Origin: an uncultured Bifidobacterium sp.
GTDB lineage: Bacteria > Actinomycetota > Actinomycetes > Nanopelagicales > Nanopelagicaceae
Direction: 5' to 3'
Assembly: GCA_964418325.1 (NCBI GenBank)
Contig: CAYQLC010000001.1
Coordinates: 19,324 to 83,323, forward strand
DNA: 64,000 nucleotides
Shown: positions 8,055 to 15,410 of the stretch, piece by piece
Position numbering within the stretch: position 1 is the stretch's first letter
Layout: the number at the start of each line of letters is the position of its first letter
Notes under the pieces: generated by a model
The model's input: the letters and a program-made list of their open reading frames with translations, nothing else
Databases searched by the model: none
Told to the model about the DNA's origin: nothing
Made by a program: the position numbers and the translations under genes

Positions 8055-8684
8055 ATGAAGGCAAAAGCAACCTCAATTGCTTCACTTTCTACAATCGCTC
8101 TTCTTGCCTCTGCTTTTCTGTTCATTTTTACGATACCTAGTACCGCAGAGTTACGACCGGTTTTCGTAACCAGTACGGGCAAATTCACTATTCAGTTGAA
8201 TGAAAGTGTGACGATAGGGCTCTCTGCGGAGGGCAGTGAGCGCGTTACGGCTTATTCAACTGGGACACCGAGCATCTGTTCGGTGTCAGCTGAAGGAGTG
8301 GTAACTGGAGTAAACGGGGGAACCTGTTCGATTCTTGCCTCCATATCTGGCTCGAACAGTTATCCGGATACCACTCCTGCAGTACTTATTCTGGAAGTTT
8401 CAAACCCCGCTCCTGGGGGCACCAAAAAAATGTTGACTGTAGATCGTTTTAATGGTCGTTTCTCTATCAACTTGGATTTTCAACCTGATATGGCCAAAAA
8501 GCGAGTACAGCTACAAATCGGCATAAAGAACTCTTCTGGTCAGATTAATTTCAAGAGCATCTCCACACTCCTCCTCAATGACAAAGGAAGAGGAAGTGTG
8601 CAGAGACAAGCTACTTATGCAAAAGGCATCTACTTTAGGGCGCTCGTAAATAAAAAAATAATTGTTACTAAAAAAGTAGCATAA
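8055..8684 (+). CDS. Secreted Ig-like domain protein
   Basis: MKAKATSIASLSTIALLASAFLFIFTIPSTA/E is a canonical signal peptide when translation starts at ATG 8055 (the longest ORF starts at 7998, so the start is uncertain). It has the same Cys-pair Ig-like module as ORF 4728: ..VTAYSTGTPSICSVSAEGVVTGVNGGTCSILASISGSNSY.. Confidence 0.6.
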   Translation: MKAKATSIASLSTIALLASAFLFIFTIPSTAELRPVFVTSTGKFTIQLNESVTIGLSAEGSERVTAYSTGTPSICSVSAEGVVTGVNGGTCSILASISGSNSYPDTTPAVLILEVSNPAPGGTKKMLTVDRFNGRFSINLDFQPDMAKKRVQLQIGIKNSSGQINFKSISTLLLNDKGRGSVQRQATYAKGIYFRALVNKKIIVTKKVA

Positions 8685-8705
8685 CAAATAGACAATGGAG
8701 AAAAA

Positions 8706-9386
8706 ATGAAGAAAACGGTTCTTGTCGTGGAAAACGACGAGTTAATAGTTAGCGAGATTCATAAGGCGATCCCAAGTGAGGAGTATTCGCTTATCAAGGC
8801 GATGGATGAACAGAGTGCGCTCCGTAATTTTCAACAATTCCAGCCGGACTTAGCCCTTATTGACGCTAATTCGAATGGTATGCGGGTTATGGAAATCTAC
8901 CGAAAGTTCAAGAATCAACGAGACATTCCGGTATTTTTTATTAACGGGCACGCCAATGAACATGATGAATTGAGTGCTTTTGCTTCAGGTGTAGATGATT
9001 ACATCCCTCAGCCACTCTCTCCTGCTGTATTAGTCGCACGAATGAATGCTCTTTTCCGGCGAAGTAATGGAACAGGCCATGAAAAAACTAAATTTATTGT
9101 CGGGCCTTTGGAGTTAGATTCTTACGAACATACTTTCAAAGTAAATGGATCCGAAGTGCCTCTTACAAGAACTGAATTTGAGATAATGCGCGAATTAATT
9201 AGCGCTCCGGAAAAAGCAGTTACCCATGATCAATTGATTAAGAATGTTTGGGGCGAATGGTTCAGTAGTAAACACATGATAGAAAGTCACGTATCAAGAT
9301 TGCGAGCCAAGGTACGGAATGCTGGTGGTCCCAGCGTATGTGAAGCGGTAAGAGGCGTTGGATACCGATTAGGAGTAAAACCGTGA
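8706..9386 (+). CDS. OmpR/PhoB-family response regulator, atypical receiver, no adjacent kinase
   Basis: Receiver plus winged-helix domains (..ESHVSRLRAKV..VRGVGYRLG). Phospho-Asp context PDLALIDANSNG is present. The switch Thr/Ser position reads FFING (canonical LTA) and the conserved Lys reads DDYIPQPLSP (canonical DDY..KPF). SD GGAG lies before the ATG. Confidence 0.8.
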   Translation: MKKTVLVVENDELIVSEIHKAIPSEEYSLIKAMDEQSALRNFQQFQPDLALIDANSNGMRVMEIYRKFKNQRDIPVFFINGHANEHDELSAFASGVDDYIPQPLSPAVLVARMNALFRRSNGTGHEKTKFIVGPLELDSYEHTFKVNGSEVPLTRTEFEIMRELISAPEKAVTHDQLIKNVWGEWFSSKHMIESHVSRLRAKVRNAGGPSVCEAVRGVGYRLGVKP

Positions 9387-9514
9387 GAAAGGTAGACAAC
9401 TACATCTTTAGTGTGAGTTTGTAATGTGTCAGACGAGCACATACTGCAACTTTCCTCTGAAAAGTTTCGCCTACATCGCGCAAGGAGCCGGTGTTTTAGC
9501 GAAGGAGAAAGTTT

Positions 9515-10165
9515 GTGAAGAAAAGAAATACCAGCCATCAGTTACGACTGGCGGCGACCTCAGTTTTTGTGGGATCGGTGATTCTGGTGGCAGGAAATAG
9601 TGTTTTTGCCGGCTTAAATGCCACAGTTTCCGCAAGCCAAGATGACTCGGCAGGGACGTTGAGTCTCTCGATTGCTAACAATGGGACAGGGTTCTCTCAG
9701 TCCATAACGAATTTAGCGCCGGGTGATGTTGTTAATCGCTACGTCACACTCACCAACAGTGGCACCCTGAGCTCTCAATCTTTAGGTTTATCGATAGCTG
9801 CGACAGGTACGTCCACCCTCATTACTGATGGAGTAGCACCAGCAACAAATAAGGCCCTCACAGTAACGGTCTTGTCCTGTACAGGTGGTAACTGGAACAC
9901 TGCCACAGGAGTCTGCTCAGGTACCACTAACACAGAGATTAGTGAGACTCCTTTGAGTGCTTTTTCAGCACAGAAGGTTTTTACGGTTTCTTCCTCTCTG
10001 CCTGCTAGCGGCACATCTAAGTTACAAATTCGCACCAAATTGCCAGACCAAAATGAAACAACAGTGAATGGTGTTTTGCCTTCTGTAACTATCCAGAATG
10101 GGTCAGCTACCTTGTCATATCTCTTTAACCAGGCCCAACTTCCTGGCGCAACTACAAATAGTTAA
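9515..10165 (+). CDS. TasA/camelysin-like secreted protein with SipW-type signal region
   Basis: GTG start with AAGGAG 7 nt upstream. MKKRNTSHQLRLAATSVFVGSVILVAGNSVFAGLNATVSASQDDSAGTLSLSI..SITNLAPGDVVNRYVTLTNSGTLSSQSL matches the TasA N-terminal signature as I recall it (..AAFND..FASGTLDLSA..SVNLSNLKPGDKLTKDFQFENNGSL). Confidence 0.7.
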   Translation: MKKRNTSHQLRLAATSVFVGSVILVAGNSVFAGLNATVSASQDDSAGTLSLSIANNGTGFSQSITNLAPGDVVNRYVTLTNSGTLSSQSLGLSIAATGTSTLITDGVAPATNKALTVTVLSCTGGNWNTATGVCSGTTNTEISETPLSAFSAQKVFTVSSSLPASGTSKLQIRTKLPDQNETTVNGVLPSVTIQNGSATLSYLFNQAQLPGATTNS

Positions 10166-10196
10166 TAACTACTAATAGCAAGAGGGTGAGTAATCA

Positions 10197-10751
10197 ATGA
10201 ATAGATGGCATTCGCTACTTTCATTGATTGCTTCACTCTTGTTATTTCTGACGGTAATTCCTAATGCCCAAGGAAAATTGGAGAGCAATTCAACTTTTGC
10301 CTCAGTAGTTAATACCGGAACTTGGTCGACCACCATTAATTCTTATAATGCTCCTGCAACCAATAACCCGTACAACGTTACATGGACGGGAGCCTCAAAG
10401 AAACAATTTGCTTTAATATCGATAATCAATAGTGGAACTTACGCCATTAGTGCATCTCATATTTCATTCTCTTCCGTTAAAACTAATGGCGATACAAGTA
10501 GCCCACCAACTCTCACTTTTGAGCTATGTTCGGGAATTTGGGATCCAACTACCTTCAATTGTTCTGGGACTATTACATCAATTGGATCAGGAACATCTGG
10601 GACGATTGATGTGATGGCCTTGATAGGGTCGGGAAATAGATTGGTTATTCGAGTCACCAATCAGCGTGATGCTAGCTTTAACTACAACACCACTTTCAAT
10701 TCCCTGACCTACCGTTCCGATATTCGGGTAGGCGTAGTGGCGTCATCATGA
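10197..10751 (+). CDS. Second TasA-like secreted protein (paralogue of 9515-10165)
   Basis: Signal peptide MNRWHSLLSLIASLLLFLTVIPNAQG, then ..STFASVVNTGTWST... It shares ..IINSGTY.. and the only Cys pair, ELCSGIWDPTTFNCSGTITS, with the paralogue (LSCTGGNWNTATGVCSGTTNT). SD GAGGGTGAG upstream. Confidence 0.65.
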   Translation: MNRWHSLLSLIASLLLFLTVIPNAQGKLESNSTFASVVNTGTWSTTINSYNAPATNNPYNVTWTGASKKQFALISIINSGTYAISASHISFSSVKTNGDTSSPPTLTFELCSGIWDPTTFNCSGTITSIGSGTSGTIDVMALIGSGNRLVIRVTNQRDASFNYNTTFNSLTYRSDIRVGVVASS

Positions 10752-11257
10752 AACGTTCATTAATTCTCGCTTTTGACGTTTTTCTGCTCTTATCTGCGAT
10801 TGGTTGCTCGTTTTTATCTTTTCTTGCTATCCACCAAAATATTCAAGTAACTCGCGTCGTTTCGGATTCGATGGCACCGGCAATCCATCGAGGCGACACG
10901 TTGATTTTTCGCTCAGAACCTACAGAGAATATCTCCGAGGGGAAAATCCTTTTACTGCCCCTAGCGGATGGCTCGGGACAATCTTATGTGCACAGGGTCG
11001 TAACAGATATAGAAAATGCAGATTCCTCAGTGACGGTCATAACAAAGGGAGACGCAAATCCGGTGGCTGATAACTGGAAGCTTAAAATCACTAGCCCTTC
11101 AGTTCCAGTCTACGTTGCAACAATTCCAACAAAATTGATTCCATTATTTCAGTTGAATAATTGGACTTTACTTGCTCTCTTTAGTGGGATTATTCTCCTT
11201 CTTATTCGCGTTATCTTTTTCACAAAAACAAATGAGATGTCTGTAGACCATGAGTGA
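10748..11257 (+). CDS. Signal peptidase I, ER/archaeal (SipW-like, S26B) type
   Basis: N-terminal TM segment, Ser box VVSDSMAPAI, His box SYVHRVV, TKGDANPVAD, C-terminal TM segment WTLLALFSGIILLLIRVIFF. ATGA overlap with the upstream gene. Confidence 0.8.
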   Translation: MKRSLILAFDVFLLLSAIGCSFLSFLAIHQNIQVTRVVSDSMAPAIHRGDTLIFRSEPTENISEGKILLLPLADGSGQSYVHRVVTDIENADSSVTVITKGDANPVADNWKLKITSPSVPVYVATIPTKLIPLFQLNNWTLLALFSGIILLLIRVIFFTKTNEMSVDHE

Positions 11258-12122
11258 AGTTTCGAAGCAAGATAACGGACTCAATCAACTTTTTGTCGAA
11301 GCACTGACATCCATCCTCCACGACTACCAAATTGTGCGTGCCATTCGCTCTTTCACCAACGAAATAGTGGACTACGAGAATCTATTTGATTCGAACTCAA
11401 CTAGAAAAAACCACGAGCCAAATGAACTTTCAGACTTTCGACTTCTTTACACAATAAAGAAAGTACTTGGATCAAACTATCACAATGAATGGGTTAGCTT
11501 GCAGGATAAAATGATATTTCCACTCTCTCGCGATGAAGTTCTTGTAGTTCCCTTTGATGGGCATCGACATCAACCTCTGCCTGAGCAAATTTCGATGATT
11601 CTTGGATTTGATGGCGTCGGTCATCTAGTCTCTGAATCAGTCTCACTTCGATTGATAAATAGGGCTCTTGAGAATCTTGCCAATCATCATCAGCCATTTG
11701 CTTTTGGCGTCATTAATATAGATAACTACCAAGCGCTCGTGACAAACTATGATCAACTGGGGCAATTAGACATCTTCGATAGAATCTTCGAAGAAATCCA
11801 AGAAAAGTTGGGTCTAAATGATGTTGTGGCTCCGCTCAGCGATAATGAATTCGCCACAATTCTTTTTTGTGAAGAAGATATCAACGAGGTATTTCCCAGA
11901 CTATGGGAACTTTCATCGTTGTCGAACACTCCATTGTCGTTAGGAGAAGTACAGATACCTATTCCATTTTCAGCTGGATACGTTCTGGTAACGGATGCAT
12001 GCACTACTGCAAAAGCGATTCTTGGTGAGGCAATCTCAATGATGTATAAAAGCAAGAGCAATGGAAAAAATGGCTACCATCTATCCAACTCTTACCACTC
12101 TGCTAGCGATCCATCCTTATAG
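11250..12122 (+). CDS. Cytoplasmic protein with degenerate GGDEF domain (SDNEF in place of GGDEF)
   Basis: FAFGVINIDNYQALVTNYDQLGQLDIFDRIFEEIQEKL..VVAPLSDNEFATILF..IPFSAGYVLV..AKAILGEAISMMYKSKSNGKNGY follows the GGDEF-domain layout (DiDhFK..N..G..GD..L..RlGGDEFail..SiG.a..ADeAmYraK..Grn), but the GG residues are lost and there is no RxxD I-site. 8-nt overlap with the signal peptidase gene. Confidence 0.7.
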   Translation: MSEVSKQDNGLNQLFVEALTSILHDYQIVRAIRSFTNEIVDYENLFDSNSTRKNHEPNELSDFRLLYTIKKVLGSNYHNEWVSLQDKMIFPLSRDEVLVVPFDGHRHQPLPEQISMILGFDGVGHLVSESVSLRLINRALENLANHHQPFAFGVINIDNYQALVTNYDQLGQLDIFDRIFEEIQEKLGLNDVVAPLSDNEFATILFCEEDINEVFPRLWELSSLSNTPLSLGEVQIPIPFSAGYVLVTDACTTAKAILGEAISMMYKSKSNGKNGYHLSNSYHSASDPSL

Positions 12123-13276
12123 GTCCACTCCGGCGCCCGCCAGGGTGTGGCGTTATTTCCAACGGACTTCACCGCTTTTTCATCGATTTCGATACCTAGA
12201 CCTGGTTTCTTCATCAATTCAACGTAACCATCTTTCACGTTGTAATCACCATAATCGACAAACTTGTACCTGTTGTCTGCTGTTCCAGGATTACCTAGTC
12301 CAAGGACTTGCTCTTGAATGAGGAAGTTTGGCGTCGCGAAATCCAATTGAAGGCTTGCGGCAAGATTAATCGGACCAAGCGGGCTGTGCGGTGCCATAAA
12401 AACATTGTATGTTTCGGCCATCGCTGCGATTCGACGAAGCTCAGAGATGCCACCTGCGTGGCTGATATCAGGTTGTGCAACTGCTAGTCCTGTTTGCAGT
12501 ACATCTTGAAAATCATTACGTAAAAATAGCCGCTCCCCAGTTGCAATTGGAATGGGTGTTGATTCAACTATTAGTTGGAAATGTTTTGTGTATTCAGGCA
12601 AGACTGGCTCTTCGACAAAGAGCAAATTATAAGGCTCCAAAAGTGGCAATAACTTCCTTGCCATCGCCAAACTAAACCGGCCATGAAAATCTAGACAGAG
12701 ATCTCGTTCGTTACCTATGTGTTCACGAACTGCTTCGACTCGGGCAACGATCTTATGAACTTCGTGTGGAGTATCTATAGGCTCAACTGCATCAGCAGGA
12801 CAAAATTTAAACGCGGTCAAACCGCGATCCATTTGAATTTGAGCACTCTCTTTCAATTCTTCTATCTCTTGTTTTAGTGAAATCTGCGTTTGAGCCTCGT
12901 GTGGCGTCTTGCCACCAATATGCCCATAGATTCGAACTCGATCTCGGACAGCGCCACCGAGAAGGGTGTACACAGGAACATTCAGGGTCTTTCCAAGAAT
13001 GTCCCACAGCGCTTGATCGATTCCTGAAATAGCAGAGAAAACTATTGCTCCCCCTCGATAGAAACCGCCCTTAAGCATGCGTTGCCAATGTCGCTCGATT
13101 TGAAGCGGATCTTTTCCAAGTAAATATTCCATCAATTCATCAACGCATCTTGCTGTTGTATCGGTCTTGCCCTCAAGCACAGGTTCGCCCCAGCCGACAA
13201 TTCCCTCGTCGGTCTCGATCTTCAAAAACAATTCACGAGGTGGAGCCGGGAACAGCTGATAGCCAGTAATTTTCAT
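12092..13276 (-). CDS. dgoD: D-galactonate dehydratase (enolase superfamily)
   Basis: [62 protein letters not shown].. ..[16 protein letters not shown] is nearly collinear with E. coli DgoD as I recall it ([48 protein letters not shown]). Confidence 0.85.
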   Translation of the reverse strand: [394 protein letters not shown]

Positions 13277-13292
13277 GGCGCGAGATTACCCA

Positions 13293-14102
13293 TCAAGTTG
13301 CTTGCTCGTACATAGCCACTTTTCGCCAACGTGAAACTAGGCGCGAGTAACCGATACCTGCCTCTTGTCCATCTCCTGAGATCAAGCCAGCCAAAGATTG
13401 TTGGATATCTTCAAGTGATGTGTCCTGCTCTATTCCTCCCTCGGCGAGCGCAATAAAACCCGCTAATCCCCCGTAATCCAGCTCAACTATCGAACCTGGG
13501 TGAAAGATATCGAGCCAATCGACTAAAGATTTCATCTCTTCAGCAACATCGCCCTCACCAAATGCATTGATAACGGCTGCGTAAGCGATTTGAGATCGCT
13601 GACGCGCATTAACCAGTGTGGTGCGCACAATCGTGAAGGGTCCATCTGGGGATTGACCTCGTAATCGTTCTTCTGGAGAGAAGAGCGTGAACCAGCGAGG
13701 TGGAATGACCCAAGTTTCAGTAAGAATGTGTGGCGCTTTATCAAAACCGACTTCAGAATCTTCTAGGCGAGAGGTAAGCACCTCTTCTATTCCCTCCGGC
13801 AAGAAATATGGCGTAACAGACGATGGCATTGAGCCTTTGAAGTCAGAGAGAGCCGCCCAGGTTCGCAGCGCAGTGGACCATGGGGCAACATATCGCTGTC
13901 CCTCGTGCTCAATGATGTGCGCGCTATCTATCCGGGATGTCGGTGGCTCAGGGCGAATGATTCTTCTCAAAGCGAGTGACTGCTCATGATGGCCAGTGTG
14001 TTGATCCATCGAGATCTCACTCCAGCGAAGCTGCTCGATTGCGCTAAATGCCTCGAGCGGTTCGTAGACGCGCAACGACGCCACATAGGGAGTTGGTCTC
14101 AT
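13293..14102 (-). CDS. Conserved hypothetical protein (269 aa, cytoplasmic)
   Basis: Long ORF with codon usage like its neighbours, 9 nt downstream of the DUF3073-like ORF and 16 nt upstream of dgoD. No family recognised. Confidence 0.6.
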   Translation of the reverse strand: MRPTPYVASLRVYEPLEAFSAIEQLRWSEISMDQHTGHHEQSLALRRIIRPEPPTSRIDSAHIIEHEGQRYVAPWSTALRTWAALSDFKGSMPSSVTPYFLPEGIEEVLTSRLEDSEVGFDKAPHILTETWVIPPRWFTLFSPEERLRGQSPDGPFTIVRTTLVNARQRSQIAYAAVINAFGEGDVAEEMKSLVDWLDIFHPGSIVELDYGGLAGFIALAEGGIEQDTSLEDIQQSLAGLISGDGQEAGIGYSRLVSRWRKVAMYEQAT

Positions 14103-14111
14103 AAATAAGCG

Positions 14112-14288
14112 CTATGCGCGACGAATGTAATTTCCCTCGGCAAATGGATCATCATCATCTTTGTCATCGCGTTCTGCCTTTTCGCCGTGTAATTCACGGG
14201 CCAACTTCTCGACATCGATTTCTTGAGATGAATATTTGAGATCGCGAGCGACTCTCGTCTGCTTGGCTTTAGCTCGGCCGCGCCCCAT
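14112..14288 (-). CDS. Small basic/acidic protein, DUF3073-like (58 aa; below the ORF-track cutoff)
   Basis: Hand translation: MGRGRAKAKQTRVARDLKYSSQEIDVEKLARELHGEKAERDDKDDDDPFAEGNYIRRA*. SD AAGGGGG upstream. It sits next to purM, as the small conserved actinobacterial protein does in mycobacteria (from memory). Confidence 0.65.
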   Translation of the reverse strand: MGRGRAKAKQTRVARDLKYSSQEIDVEKLARELHGEKAERDDKDDDDPFAEGNYIRRA

Positions 14289-14352
14289 GGCGTGACCCCC
14301 TTACTTTTCGCCTCCAGGTAATACCTGGATTTTTCATTTTCGTGGGGAGAGA

Positions 14353-15405
14353 TTATCGGTTTTGGAAGGCCCCTTCCAATTTAACCCCAGAGGTGGCGGG
14401 GGTGGCCAGCGAAATCTCACCCAACTCCCAGGCTTGGTGGCCCTGCTCACGCAAGAGGGTAAGAGCGGAAGTGACCGAATGCGCTGGAGCGATAACCACC
14501 ATGCCGACCCCACAATTAAAGGTGCGCTCCAGATCCTCCTGGGGAACACGCCCCTCGCCTTGGAGATAGGCAAAGAGCGGTGGTAGCGACCAACTATGGC
14601 GATCGATTATTAAGCCAAGTTGGGGTGGCAACACCCGTTCGGTGTTTGCCGCCAACCCACCACCCGTGATGTGCGCCATCGCATGTATCTCCATGTTAGC
14701 GATGAGATCCAACATATCGGCAGCGTAAATTGTCGTTGGAGTAAGTAGCGCTTCACCGAATGATTGCCCTAGATCTGCAACGTTGCTCTCTAAATTGATT
14801 TTCTTCTCTTTGATAATGTGCCGCACTAATGAGAAACCATTCGCGTGAACTCCACTGCTAGCAATGGCTATTGCGACATCACCTTGTCTCACCTTCTCAG
14901 CGCCAAGTAATTGGTGCTCTTCTACAACTCCAGTTGCCGCTCCGGCAATATCAAATTCATCATCTTTTAACAATTGTGGATGCTCTGCTGTCTCACCACC
15001 AATAAGAGCAGTTCGTGCCTTGACGCATCCAGATGCAATTCCAGAGACGATTGCTGCGATTCTCTCTGGGATAACTTTCCCCACCGCAATGTAATCAGTC
15101 ATAAAGAGCGGCTCGGCACCACAGACCACTAAATCATCAACAACCATTGCCACTAAATCTTCGCCGATAGTGTCGTAGATTCCCATTTGGCGAGCTATCT
15201 CAGTCTTAGTTCCGACGCCATCAGTAGAAGTAGCAAGCAGAGGCCGCTGATATTTCTTCAGAGCGCTGGCATCGAATAAACCAGCAAAGCCACCGATACC
15301 TCCATAGACCTCAGGGCGTTGTGCTTTTGCAATCGAAGCTTTCATTAACTCAACAGCGCGATCACCTGCCTCAATGCTTACCCCGGCAGTTTCGTAAGTA
15401 CTCAA
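14353..15405 (-). CDS. purM: Phosphoribosylformylglycinamidine cyclo-ligase (AIR synthetase)
   Basis: YETAGVSIEAGDRAVELMK..GGFAGLF.. is a typical PurM sequence. TTG start 5 nt after the purF stop. Confidence 0.9.
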   Translation of the reverse strand: MSTYETAGVSIEAGDRAVELMKASIAKAQRPEVYGGIGGFAGLFDASALKKYQRPLLATSTDGVGTKTEIARQMGIYDTIGEDLVAMVVDDLVVCGAEPLFMTDYIAVGKVIPERIAAIVSGIASGCVKARTALIGGETAEHPQLLKDDEFDIAGAATGVVEEHQLLGAEKVRQGDVAIAIASSGVHANGFSLVRHIIKEKKINLESNVADLGQSFGEALLTPTTIYAADMLDLIANMEIHAMAHITGGGLAANTERVLPPQLGLIIDRHSWSLPPLFAYLQGEGRVPQEDLERTFNCGVGMVVIAPAHSVTSALTLLREQGHQAWELGEISLATPATSGVKLEGAFQNR

Positions 15406-15410
15406 CGGGC

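Noticed and set aside
9287-9538. 83-aa minus-strand ORF across the regulator 3' end and the TasA-like promoter region
   Set aside because: It is antisense to a well-supported response regulator. It has no SD and no motifs.
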